DNA of 64,000 nucleotides from Setoptus koraiensis. Lineage: Eukaryota > Animalia > Arthropoda. A program made the translations under genes and the position numbers. The notes below the pieces were generated by a model, which saw only the letters and a program-made list of their open reading frames with translations, made no database searches and was not told the DNA's origin. The DNA lies in assembly GCA_048013815.1 (NCBI GenBank), contig CM106585.1:12028001-12092000 (forward strand), given 5' to 3'. Positions 36,425 through 49,884 of this stretch are shown one piece after another (position 1 is the first letter of the stretch; every line of letters starts with the position of its first letter).

Positions 36425-37210
36425 AGTTGTGCGGGTGTCTCGAAACGCGAAAATGCTCGTCTTGGGTCGTTACAAGTGGTCGTTACCGCATACTACAGGC
36501 AGTTGCACAGGTACGGCGAGCTCACTCGCACTCTACGAGACACAAAACTCGCACACGACTAGAAAATCTTTCTCGAGCCAGCCATTGCAAAGATCACAAG
36601 TTTCAGGAGTAACTTTCGCTGACTCTGTTGTCGCTCACAAACAAACTGCTGCCGCTGACTTTTACCTGGCCAGACCAAACTGCCCATTTAGTGGCTGCGA
36701 GCAGCGTGGTCACACACACAATTTGTGTTTGTTTGATTCGCAAATTGATGATACTTTTCCGTCGCCATCCCTCAGCCATCCCCAGCCATTTGATCGCTCG
36801 CACGCGACCACAACAGCGCCAAAACAACAGCAGCAACAACAACGACAACAACAGCGCCAACAACAACGACAGCGGCGACAACAACGACAACAACAACAGC
36901 AACAAGGGCAGCCATTCGAAGCCAACAACTCAATCGAAAGTTGCTCACATCGAGACAAAAGCGCGCTCGCTGCCGTGATAATTTGGCCCAATTATCGCAC
37001 TGTGTGCGTCCAGTTCCGCTCACGACAGTTATTAGGCAAGTTACGTCACCATTAGCTCGCTCCTTCAGCGCAAGACAAGTGTCGCCAACAAAGAGAAACA
37101 GCAACATGCAAACAGCGAACCCTCGCATTGACGCAACACGTGTCAGACATTTATCCCTTGCGCAACGAGGCTCAGCCGAAGTGCGGCCGATCAGAAAACG
37201 AAGCGCCCCC

Positions 37211-40200
37211 ATGAAACGACAAGCGGCCAAAGTGATATCAACTAGACAACAAATGAAAAATTTCAATGCAATCAATAAACATGCAGCAACTGTGATATTT
37301 GCCATCCAATTGTTTGTTATGTTTGCAATTGGTGGCGCTCAATCAATTCAATCAATTTCTAACGATTCTAACGTCGATTCTACGTCAAACGACGCTGGCA
37401 ACAGTTTTCTCGGGCCCAAATTGAACACTTTGTATGGCAATTGGCAAAATTCAGAGCAAATAATGACCCTGTTGAACAATGTCAGTCACGAACACAACAA
37501 CACCCATGTCGACATACACACGGCCTCAAATGCCTGGCTGCTGATGCAATCGCAAACGTTTGCCTATATGGAAAAGCGCGTCCAACAATTCAGACCCACT
37601 ATCGAGGCCATACTAAAAGAGGCCAACGTCACCAGCGACTGCCAGGGGGCCATAAGTCACTGGATGGACAGTTTGGCCAAGCTTGACCAGTGGGCCGTTC
37701 TCAGTAAGTTATAAGGTTATATAACTATGGTTATATAACTGTAGTTATAGTGATTGGCTGCAAACGTTGCCAGTGATTGTTGCTAGTCATCATCCAACTA
37801 ATACTTTATCTATCTGCTAATGAAAACCAATTAATTAATTATCAATTTTAATTAATTTGCACTGTGCGAAGTGTGGAACTCGTGGGGCCAATTTCCCTCG
37901 GCGGGCCTCTATGAGGGCTCCTTCACGGATTTGGGCTCCTACAGAGGCTGTCTGAGGGCCGACGACAACGAATTTATTGGTCAGGCTCAATATTGCACGA
38001 TAGACTATCAGCCAATAGTGCCCAAACGGCCCAGATTTCACGGCATATTCAAGAAGGTGCTCGATGTAGACGCACAGGGGGCCATTAATGGTGGCGATGT
38101 GCAACCCGACAAGCGAATAGACATTAAATCTGGTTCGCCTCTCAACGAGACTCTGCACGCTCAGGTGAGTTGCGCCCAACACGAACCTGCGATTACCTGT
38201 GCAATTCAATTGAACGGGTAATTGAACTAGTTAATTTATTCGAATTAAGTAATTAGATTGTGATGGTTTTATGGCGCATTGTTCATTGCATCATATATCA
38301 TGTAACACCGTTTTGCTGTGCTAATTGTTTATTTTTACGCAATACACTATTCACATTTCACGTATGCAATCAATACTGTCATGTCACTGTCATGTCGAGC
38401 AGGCCCTGGTGGAACTGCTGAGAAAGGCGCAATACTTTTACTACGTCAAATTTCGCGTTGGCACCTGTTTCCCCAGCAAGTGTTCCATCGCGGACATACA
38501 ACGTTTGGCCCAGACAGGTAAATAGTCAGATTTAATCAACATCATGCTCGTCACCTTAATTGGCAATTAATTTATCGTTAAATTCGTTAATCTCGGCTTA
38601 ACTCACTTATTTGGCGCTGCGACAAATTTGTTGGTTGATCATTGAAAAAATGGTAATGCGATCACGCAATCAGTGGGCCAACGCATGGTGCTGCAATCCA
38701 CTCCGGTCAATTGTCTCAAGAAGGAGCCCACCACAATCAACACCCATCAGATGGTGGCAATGTAAGTAAGGTGTTGATAAAAATAAATCCCATCAATTAC
38801 GGCATTAGTTTTATTTGGCACTTGTTGGCGGTTTTTCGCAATGCCAAGGTCGCCGACACTGCCGATAAATGTGCAGTGTTGATAGAGAGAGAGCGAGCTA
38901 AAAATAGCCAGTATCGACTTGTTGTTGTTGCAGATTATAATTATTATGATTCTAGGCAAGAAATTGGGCCCAGCCGAGAGAAACCAAGCCAAGAGACAAG
39001 CCAAGAGACAAGCCAAGAGAACAATAGACGGCGCGCGTTGTTCAAGTGGCACTTGTTGACTTGATTGATAGTTTGGCCACAAACACTTGTTACGCGTTGT
39101 TGTTGTTGGCGCCTTGCCAGAAATTTATACCTCTGTTGTTTGTTGTCGTCCTTGTTGTTATTATTACTGCGGTGAAACTAATCAATTTGCAAGCCTCTCA
39201 GGCTCGCCGTCTGATACTAATATTATACTAATACTTTCTATCTTCTCTCCCTTTATTTCCACAACAAATTAAAATAATGGATATGTGTGTGTTCATCAAT
39301 TGGCCCTGTTTGCATGTTATCGCCGTCTGGCTGTCGTTGGCTGGCTGCGCTTGGCTCACCTGTCAAAATGAAATGATTTGCGATTACGTGATACGCGCGC
39401 ACACACTCTCACCGTTGGCCAATCAACGAACCACCAACTAACAAAAGAATCATCCTGTCATCTTTGGCCTTGGTCGCCCTCACGGGCACTCTGTTTGACT
39501 TGCTGGGCTTCACAGGTGAGTCGCCAACAAAATGATGCTCGCCATTTGGCCGTCGCCGGCACGCCGGCACGCCGGTACGCCGGTACGCCGATCCGCCGAT
39601 CCGCCGATTCGCCAATCCGCCGATCCGCCGATTCGCCGGTACGCCGAGCCCGAAACCCCGAACCGATCCAACTAACACCGTTTCATTTCGCCGTCTCGCC
39701 ATTTCTGCTGCCCGCGCCATCCCGTTAGGAGCGTGCAAGGTGTCCATAATTAGAAATTTGCTTTTATTCTCCATTTGGACCAATTTGAAGCGACTATTTG
39801 ACACCGACAGCGGCAGCACCAACGATCTGGCCTGTCTGCACGGCTTGCGTTTCTTCTCAATGTGTTGGGTTATTTATGGTCACACGATACTGTTTACCGA
39901 ATACCAATCGTTCACGCATTTCTTCTCTGTCGTAGAGAACGATTTAGCCGATTTTTTCCTATTGCCAACGTTCAATGCAAATTTCAGCGTGGATACTTTC
40001 TTTGTCATGAGGTAAGTTGTTCAATATGCTCACCTGTGCTCACCTGTGCAGTCTGCAACTCGTCTCTGCTCTCTACTCTCTACTCTCAACTCGACGACTT
40101 TACGAGATAGCCAATCCATCCAGGTAACAAGACATAACTTTTACCTGGTTGCTGGTTGTATAATAATAAGCACACACAAGAGATTGTTTCTCTCAAAGGA

Positions 40201-42193
40201 ATAATCTCTAATAATAACCACTTTCCAGTTGTGTGCTTATTGTTATGATATATCAGCGATTGTATCATCAAAACCATAAAGCCACTTGTCTTGGCCTACA
40301 CGACGATGGCCGCAGAGCATGTTGTTAAATTTCAATTATTCTCATTCTTTTTTGCGGCCTTCTCTCGCACACACACAACTCACTTTCATTCATGTTATAT
40401 TATATTCACTATATATTATATTATTCATACGTGAATTCTCCTTTATCCATCTATATTCTTTTCTAGTTATCCATCTATATTCTTTTCTAGTTATCCATCT
40501 ATATTCTTCTCTTGCTGTTATCGTTACACACGCGCCAATCAATCTATCCAATCATCGCTCTCTAATTATATATTTCTTCACTTTATTTCCATTTTATTTC
40601 TATCGCTTTTATTTCATACACTCACACGCAATTTCCATCTTGTCTCATCAACAACAATACAATGCAATAGCGGCATTTTGACCTCGTATGTGACCTATCA
40701 ATTGACTCAGGGCGATCCAAGGCGCTTCAACAAGTTGGCCTTTGCCATATCGCGATACGTCAGACTGACACCTCAATTGGTTGTTGTTATATTGTGCTAT
40801 TTCTTGTTGCCACTATTGGGCGACGGGCCGCTCTACAAGAGTGTCACCGGCGTAGAGGCCAACAAATGCTTCAAGAACTGGTGGGTCGACTTGCTCTACA
40901 TACAAACCTATTACAACTATGACGATATGGTGAGTTACAGCGCCGTTATCCTCCGCTATATACCTACATAATTACGTATATAACATACGTAATACAGATC
41001 CGATGTAAACTCTTTTTGATAACTTCCGATAACTTCTTTGATTAACTGTCACAATTGCTAATTGTCTGCTGATTGTCGCCCCATTATCCACACCATCCAG
41101 TGTATCATACCCTCCTGGTGGCTGTCCATAGAGATGTTCTTTCACTTGTTGTCCATTGTGGTCATCATTGCCATGCTCAAGGATGGCACTACCGGACTCA
41201 TCGTCAACTTTGTCATTGCGGCCGCACTAACACTCTACGGTTCCTATATACACTACACCAGCGGCTTCCCCATTCAGTTTCTGCCATCGACCCCACAAAA
41301 ATAGTAAGTTGGCCCACATGATGAATCTAAACTGATTCACAGAAGTGTGTCGGTGGGGCCCGTTCGGGCTGCAACTTGCAAGCCGAAAACTCAAAGTTAT
41401 CTGTGTCTAACTGTCTATTTGTCTGTATCTAACTGTCCCCATCACCCGTTAACCCGTTTCGCAGTGAGGTCAACTACGAGCAAGCCGCGCTGTTCTTCCA
41501 CAGACCATATCCACATGCGGCCTCTTACGCCATAGGTATAGCTTTAGGTTATGTTCTGGCCAACAAGCGTATCAAAAAACTCACCAAGAGCCAGGTGAGA
41601 CAGGGCTGGCTCATGTGTGCCATGGGTCTCATTAGTGTCTTGTGGGGATGTTATCCCTGGAATTTGGGCGCACCCTACAATCAATTAGAGTCAACATTAT
41701 ATTATAATCTGTGCCAGATAATCTGGCCCCTTTGTGTGGCATGGATGATATTTGCGTGCGCTCTAGGACAAGGCGGACCAATAGACAAGATATTATCGGC
41801 GCGCATATTTATACCATTGGGTCGCATAACTTATATGACCTACTTATCTCATTCATTAGTGATATACTATTTCTCCGGCTCCACCAATATTCAAATGGAG
41901 CCCTCCATGATGTTCTTTGTAAGTATAAACCCCCAACGTCTATAATTGTTGTTCAGTCAATGACTTTTTCTCATGTCGTTAACGTTTAATTTTTTTTCCT
42001 TTTTTGCTCCCTGTCCAATTCGTCTTCGTAGGTTTACATCTTCATATCGAACACGTTCATATCTATGATATTGGGCACTCTATTGACGGTCATCTATGAA
42101 TCACCATTTTTATCATTCCAGAAGCTTTTGTTTAATTATTTGGCTGGTAAATTTGATCCGGTACCGCAGAGCCCTCCTTCGCCTGCAGTGTGA
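37211..42193 (+). CDS. Nose-resistant-to-fluoxetine-6-like O-acyltransferase (NRF + acyltransferase-3), 10 exons: 37211-37703, 37872-38164, 38403-38517, 38674-38761, 39448-39515, 39729-40011, 40671-40929, 41101-41303, 41465-41918, 42032-42193
   Basis: MWNSWGQFPSAGLYEGSFTDLGSYRGCL (NRF domain), LACLHGLRFFSMCWVIYGH, SVDTFFVMSG, RYVRLTP, WWLSIEM, LSARIFIPLGRITYMTYLSH, YESPF; all intron phases are consistent. The start could be 37253. Confidence 0.85.
39554..39647 (+). repeat. 8-bp GC-rich minisatellite (CGCCG(G/A)(C/T)N) in NRF-6 intron 5
   Basis: About 11-12 degenerate copies seen directly. Confidence 0.75.
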
Positions 42194-42867
42194 TCTAATC
42201 GATACTGAACTCTTATAAGACTTACTCAAATAAACTGAACAAATTTTAGTTGCTACAAACTCGCCCGTATCGCAACCAATTATGTAACATTTTCCACATT
42301 ATTATTGTAACTACTTAGATAAAGAAAAGTAATAAAGAAAACATTGAAACAATTCGAAATCTAGCCACAAAACGCTCAATTTTTGCACGGGTCAACAATT
42401 GCATCTAGCTGGTTCATCGAGGTTCATTAAATCAAACGGACACCCAATTTGAATTTAGTTGAAAATTAATTTTATCTATTGTTCTTAATTAGTATATTCA
42501 TGTGATTAATGTTGCACGAAAAATTGTTGATCCCAAGAGTTCACAACAGTTATCAAAGTTAGATTATTTTTTGATGTTTGGCAAAACAAATCATAGTTAC
42601 AGCTCATTGACTGAATTGAAAATGAGGCTATTCCAAAATTGAAAATATAGATACAATTTGCAAAAAGTAACGACAGTAGGTGATTGCAATGAATAGGCAG
42701 CCATTATAACTCGTTAGGTCTGATTCAAATATTGCATCATTCCTTCTTGACTTTTAGGATTTTGTATGCGAAAGTGTGCCGTTCAAATAACGGTCAATGA
42801 ATATTTGTATATGTCCAAATATCACAAAGGCGTCAGTTTAGTTGAAAAATGTGATCATTCGTCTTCA

Positions 42868-44179
42868 TTATAAATTGGAGCTATCTTTTCTTCCTAGTGA
42901 TTTCTTGACCTCCTCAGGAACCAGATTGATGAGATAATCAAACTTGTCTTTGCCTACGCAAGCTAAAACTCCTTTATCATTAAGATAGTTGTTGTCATCG
43001 CGAAATTCATAATTCATGCGCTGACCCTCTATGTTGGTCAGTATTCCTCCTGGAATACCCTCCAATAAACCCTCTGGTCCACATGTGTCCCACCTTTTGG
43101 AACCGCTCGAAGCAAATACATAGGCATGGGCCTTTCCTTCTAACACGAGCAAAACTTTAAATCCGGCACCACCAACTCTCATGATCTCTTTAGGTCTCAT
43201 GGCATCAATAGTTTTAGTTACTGTCTTGGACGGGTGAGATTGTGTTGTCGTAATAACAAGATTATTTTTAAAGTCGGCGTCTAGTTTCGATACACTTTGT
43301 TCCAATCCGAAACATCCTAAATCTCTTCCTCCCCAGACGGTCCTTCCATATGATTTCATATTAGCCACATCAATCATTCCTTTCTGTAGAGGCCAAAAAA
43401 TGGTGTGAAAAATAGTTTCATGCTATCATCTAAACTTGCACTGTAGTAATTAGATTGCATTCATTGGGACCGGAAGCGGGCATTACTTACATTTGCGCAA
43501 CCATGGAAGGGTTGATGAACAACACCAGCGAATGGCTTCCCTTTGTATGAAAATCCAATCAGCACTGTCACATGATCTAGATTGCCGCTGACAAACTCGG
43601 AAGTGCCGTCCAATGGGTCTACCCATACAGTCACATCTTCCTCTCTGATTTTCCCATAGAAGTTCTCCAGCTTGGATGACACGTTGTGCCTCTCAAATTG
43701 ATCATAACTTTCTTCCTCTATCAGGAGCTCTTTATCTAGTTTGTCGTCAGACTCCAAGTCCTGTTGAGTGGCGACGATACAATATTCGACAACGACATTA
43801 ATGAACCAGAGTTAGTGGGAGCTTTAATTCTCATGTAAGACATTTCGATCGAGTCCGACTTACCTCCTCGCCAACAATTGTTAGTTTTGGAAATTTGGAA
43901 GCTAAGCTACTGACAATCATACGCTGAGATTTTCTGTCTGCTTCAGTTTGGAAATCGGCTACGCCCTGGATGTTCGGAGTGGCAAGATGAACGAAAGAGA
44001 TAAGGTTAGAATTGATGGAAAAAGGTATCAAATGCGATGACTGCACACCGATTGCTCACCTTGTCTATGGTGTTTAATTTTCCAGATACAGTAATGTCCC
44101 TAATGAGATCCCCAGCTCGATCTACAATACTAAGAGTGCTGGCTAATAGACGGTGTATAAAACATCTAGTGAGAGCCAT
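42868..44179 (-). CDS. BPNT1: 3'(2'),5'-bisphosphate nucleotidase 1, exons 44179-44060, 43965-43864, 43760-43491, 43383-42868
   Basis: DFQTEADR, IVGEE, VWVDPLDGTSEF, HVTVLIG, TTTQSH, RVGGAGFKVL, KRWDTCGPE; three phase-0 introns with canonical ends. Confidence 0.92.
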
Positions 44180-44952
44180 GTTCGTTCACAATCAAATGTT
44201 GATGAATTCTCTCTATTATAATGTTGATTGTCTCCAATTTGATCTGAGTGTTGCTGGTCAGCATAAACTATTAGCGACTAGTGTTATGAAGTGTTAGTTA
44301 TATAAATCGTCAATATTATGTATACAATCGATTTTGGCAACTCGGGAAATGTTATCTAGCGTCATCAAGATTACACTCAATCGTTGATATGTTTGACGTG
44401 ATGATAGATAAATCTTGAGACATAGTGATAATACTGTAGGTGAATAAATGTGTGATAATTGTCGCGATGAAACCAACCTTGTTGTTATTTTTGTTACATA
44501 GTAATAATGACGAGAATGCTTTTTGTTTGTCTTGTTTGTTTATAAATAACAATACAAACAAATACAATATTACATCACTGCTAACAGCAACACACACACA
44601 CAACGAGGGGCCTGACGACAAGAAATGATGCAAGAAAAAATTTAGCCCTTTGAATTTGGCGCCCGGCTGCGAAATGACATGCGCAGTTGAAATTGGACCA
44701 CATTTTTGGTGGTGATTAAGTTGATGCGCACGGTGCGCAGTTTGTGCATTCGATAACAAGATGTCGATCCTCGGAGGAAGAATATTCCAAAAATCTATAT
44801 TTAATAATTATTATTATCCTATAATCACTATATTTATATCCGTGTAATTAACACACAGTTGCTTATTTCAGGAATTCACTTATCGCAACCAACTAATTAG
44901 CTCAACCTTTGCAGATAAGACGCACCCCAGCAGCTCTATTGTTGGCAGCAAC

Positions 44953-45642
44953 ATGGCAGACGCGGAGGCCCATGAAGGAGGAGAGGAAGTTAACGAGCTT
45001 ACAAGTAAGATCTCCACACTTATATCAAGCCAAAAATGGGAGGAGGAGGACAATGGTGATGATGTTAAAGATAATTGGGATGATGAAGACGAGGAACCGG
45101 CCAAACCAGAACCAAAGAAGACGCCAGTGCCCAATGCCTCAACTAGAAATAAACGATCTAATAAAATAGCTACTAATTCAAATGATGGCAATAGTAAACA
45201 ATTGACGGCGCAAGAGCTGAGGGAAAAGAAGTTGCAAGAGGAAAAACTACAGCGCGAGTCTGATTTAATTTTAGCTAAACAAATGTTAGGTATGGAAGAT
45301 AAGAATATAAAATTGGAATTTCCTTTAGAAACAAAAGAGGACTTTGATCTATTCCACAAGAATGTTGTTGCGAAATTATGGTGCTACGATAAAAGTCCAC
45401 ACTATTTTACATTAATGGATAGATTGTTCCGTGATTTATGCGTGCCACTAGATTCAGAAGAAGTTAAAAGTTTATCAAGTACCTTAAACGCTCTATTCAA
45501 CGAAAAAGTCAAAGCTCTCAAAGCGATTACTAAGCCTAAGAAAAAAGGAACTAAAGGCTATGCCTTAAAGATGGAAAGAGATCCAGCTGGCGAAGCAGAT
45601 TTTGGTAATGATTATGTTGATGATCTTGATGATATCATGTGA
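44953..45642 (+). CDS. EIF3J: Eukaryotic translation initiation factor 3 subunit J, intronless
   Basis: KWEEED..VKDNWDDEDEE, EKLQRESDLILAK, SSTLNALFNEKVK, DDLDDIM. Confidence 0.9.
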   Translation: MADAEAHEGGEEVNELTSKISTLISSQKWEEEDNGDDVKDNWDDEDEEPAKPEPKKTPVPNASTRNKRSNKIATNSNDGNSKQLTAQELREKKLQEEKLQRESDLILAKQMLGMEDKNIKLEFPLETKEDFDLFHKNVVAKLWCYDKSPHYFTLMDRLFRDLCVPLDSEEVKSLSSTLNALFNEKVKALKAITKPKKKGTKGYALKMERDPAGEADFGNDYVDDLDDIM

Positions 45643-48600
45643 TTTATCTGATGATTATAGTATATATTATCAACAATTATTATAAACAAACAATATATCT
45701 TATAATATAACAACAAATATGATTTAGGCAAACTCTTATTCTGAGATTTTCCACTTATAACTCGTTGCATTGCTTCTGGAAATCGTTGCAGACTATTCTA
45801 TCAGATACAACCCTGGTTTTGTCGCGTGGTCGAATGTGTTGTTTTTCGCATACTACATGAACAAGCTAGAGATAATTTCCAAATCGATAAGCTTAGAGAG
45901 TTAGGGGGACATAGAGCGAAAAAGCCATTTTACAATCATATACATACAAATGCGTACATGGCGTAGGATTAATCGACTCAATAATATTTCCATGAGACTA
46001 TAATCATGAGGAGATACTAAAGATTAAACACACTAGGGGTCATGCTATTCATCGATTGCTAGCTATCGCACAACGTTATCGGCGATGGTCGCTGCTCGCT
46101 GGATAATATGGCTTGATGCAAGACAAGGACAAATATTTTGTTCGTGTTTATGGCAACAATCGCCATGATTATCAATTAACGCAGCAGTGTTCACGTTTTT
46201 GGCTAGAGCTCATTAACAACAAGTTTGTAGTGAACTTGTTACCTGTTGTTGATAGCGCGACGACCACGCTGCTGCCACAGACGACCAATAATCAATGTTG
46301 ATCCGATGGTTGTTGTCATCAATCGAGTGTCCACTCGCGACTCGCGAGCAAAGATTTGAGATTAGCGCCGATACGAACAAGCAGACTCGTGGTGAGACTT
46401 TAATCCTTTGGCTGGCAGTGAAAAACACTTATGTTTATCGTCATAGAATTATTTGTATATCTTGATAAGTTTTAGCCGTTGTTTGTAGAGTCTATTAAGA
46501 ATATTAGATCTGGCAAACACACGTAGATTTGGCACTATCGCCACCAGAGTTGATGGCCATCATACGGGGGTGTAAGTGCTTCTTGTGTCCGATGATGGAG
46601 GAGATTGACCTGTGGCTTGGATTAGATAAGACGTGGTCAATGTCAGATTTAAGTTTGCGCCGATATAAACATATCAGCAAACAAGCATCGGCAGCAGTGG
46701 CAACGGCATCACCAGGTGAATGTAACAGCGACGATGCACGTGTTCGACAGGTAAGTTTCCCGCTGGTTGGCCCATAGTCACTGGTGCATTCTCTGGTCCA
46801 TTGTAAGGTGATGTGTGCAGTTTGCGGCCGATGTTTGTTGATGTGCTGGAACATTCGAAGAATTCGCTCCGAGGTTGATTATTGATTTGAATGATTTTTC
46901 TATTGGCACGTCTCACGGCACGTGATGATGGCTCTATATACCCATAGTGACCATTGTTTATTTGGCCTCTTCTTTCTGGCGCATTCTTCTCGCCTTATCT
47001 TATCTGTGGCGTTGTTGTTGTCGTTGCTGATTGGTGCGAGTTGTGGCCTGACCAGAGTGGACTGGACTGCGAGGGAATGGCACGAAACAGAATGGAATGG
47101 CCTGTGTGTTGTCCATAAGCAAACAAAGGTGAGCTCTCACCTGAGGTCATTATCTCGGCTATTTGGATGGCGTCGGTTGATGGAGTTTTGGCAGCGTCGC
47201 TAGCGCGCTCGTGGTAGAAGTGACAAGATTTCGTTGTTTATTATTGAACAAATTGTTAAACGTGAATGATACGGATGGCGCTGATTAGCATACGTGCGAG
47301 CTGGTCGCCCATTGGCCCGTTGGCCGGCCGATTGGGCCGGACGAGCTGGCATCCAGTGAGCTGACATCCAACGGGCTGACACGGAATAACTGGGCTAAGG
47401 GGACGAGTAACGAGCGCCAATTCCCTCGCTCTCTCTCTCTCTCTCTCTTATTGGCAACAACTGGCGAAAATGAACCAAACAAACAAAAGGCCCAGCCGGA
47501 TAGACCGGTCACAGTAAACAATACAGACGGCGACACACATCGAAACTAATCATTACTGGCCGCGACCGTTACTGGCCCACCGCGCCAACAGGTAACGAAG
47601 GGCGCCCGTAGCGGCCAGTATTTTAGCGAGTGAATTTTGAAATTTAATGGCCACCATTAGCTAGCCATTGGGTGGTGCTCGGCAATTGGTGGTTGGTTGG
47701 CTTGGTTGATTGGTGCGCGAGCTGACAGTGCGATTCACGGGTTGACATACGACGATTGTCTGGTGAGTTGTGAGCAATTGGTTGAGAGTTGTGAGCTGAG
47801 AGTTGTCAAAGGGCACGACTTTTGGATCATAAACACGCGCTACGTGCGCCCTGTTCACGCCGGCGGAACTAGCGACCCGTGGACACGGCCACGGAGCAAC
47901 AGGTAACTTGAGCGTGGTGGCCAACTGTCCGGTTTGCGCCGGCCAGAGCCAAGCCTAGACACTGCACCCCGGCGCGATCGGGCCAATTTGCGGCTCGTTG
48001 TTGGCGGGTGTCGCGTCGATACCTTTGGCGGGTGTCGGATACCGTCGGCGAGCCCGACGGACGAGCTCGGACAAATGCAAGTGCTCGCGATTGAGGCGCG
48101 AACGGCGATTGCGACTCGGCGGATCGCATCAACAAGTGGGCGCCGTCCGCAAGCGTCAATGAGTGCGACCGAGTGCATAATCGGCGCAGTGTTTCGGTTC
48201 CATGAGTTCGCTGCGTCGTCCGGCTCACCTGAGCCCTTCGGCAGCGCATTCGAAACAGGAGGCAAGGTGAGCGCGAATGGTCTAGTGCGCACGCTCAGAG
48301 AGTGTGTGTGTGTGTGTGTGTTTGCTTCTCTGTGTCTCTGTTGTGGGACAGCGTTCTCAGTTCTCGGTTGCCAGTTCTCAGTTGGCAGTGGCCGGTTCTT
48401 TGCAGTTCGCAGTGCCCAGTGATTGTCTGCGTTCGAACGCTGTTCGTTCGCTGTTCGTTCCCTGGCTTTTCGAGTCTCGCATTCGCTGGCCGGCACTAGC
48501 AACAGCAACAAGCAACAGCGACAAGCAACAGCGACAAGCAACAGCAACAAGCGACAGCAACAACAAGCAACAACAAGCGACAGCAACGACAAGCAACAAC

Positions 48601-49760
48601 AAGCGACAAGCGACAACAACGACAAGAAACAGACGGCACACTCTGTATTTGTGTCAACAGTGACAACAACCATTAATAGACGGCTCACCTGACGCCGCCA
48701 GCAGTCGTGTGTCTTGTCGCAATCGATCATCGCAATTGCCACTAATTACCGCCAGTGGCCGCTTACAACGCTCGCCCCGAACAGCGATACCCAGTGTCCA
48801 GATAGCCAGTGTCCAGTGGCAAGTGTCGAGAAACAAGTGTCAGTTTGCCGAGCGTCGGCCACACACACACACACACACCCAGTATCCCGACGATATCCGC
48901 GCCGTCCACAATATCCGCACCATCAACGGAATCCGCAGCGTCCGCCAAATATCAGCAGCGTCCGCCAAACATCCACACATATATCCAGCCAGCCAGCCAG
49001 ACAGTGATCGTGATAAGCAACTTTATCGGTGCCCGGCGCAGCCATCAATTTCAGCAGCGACACTTTTTCCGCAGCGAGTGCCGAGCAACGGTTAATCGCG
49101 GCCCAATCAGCAAGATAAACAACAACATTGAACAAAATCACAGTCGGCGCAGTCAAAACCACAGCCGATCGACGTGAGCCCATAGCGCAGATGCAAATTG
49201 ATCGCGATCGTTGTTTCGCTCGTTTCTCACGACACGATCGATATCTCGCAAGTCAGCAAGTCAGTTAGTCGCTTTGTTGTCATCAGTCAGTCAGTTAGTT
49301 GGTTTGTCAGTGTCAACAAAGCAGACACTTGTTGGCGATTTTGCATAAATTTCGCCATTTATCGCAACAGTGTCAGCAGCAATTGAACAAAAATAGTTGA
49401 CACACAAGCCAGCGGCAGCAGCAGCAGCAACACACCCAATAGCCATTATACACAAGCCATTAGCAGTGAAACGATAGCTTTACCACAATCACATGATACC
49501 TGTTGATTACTATTCACATGTGATGACAACCAATTAAGCCAATTATATTTCGGCCACTAAAATCATTATATTCATTATACTCATTAAATTCGTTTTATGC
49601 AAGATTCGAGAAAATTCCGCACACAGCAGAGCGACTAATTAATTGCGACAAAACAGAACACCGAAACAATTAATTAGCCGAGCGCACAAGCACGCAATGG
49701 CGCACCAGCAGTAGCGCGTGAATATCCACACGCGAATACCGCAACTGCCCATCAAGTAAA

Positions 49761-49870
49761 CATATCAACCACACGAGAGATATAGCAACCTCACGAGAGA
49801 TATAGCAACCTCACGAGAGACATATCCACCTCACGAGAGACATATCAACCTTCGCGAGAGACACATCAAC
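49761..49870 (+). repeat. 20-bp minisatellite (CATATCAACCTCACGAGAGA-like) just upstream of ABCG exon 1
   Basis: About 5 copies seen directly. Confidence 0.8.
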
Positions 49871-49884
49871 ACATACCAGCAAAC

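Noticed and set aside
33341-37055. Numerous 60-255-aa ORFs upstream of NRF-6
   Set aside because: They derive from CAA/GTT and short tandem repeats, overlap on both strands and show no domains.
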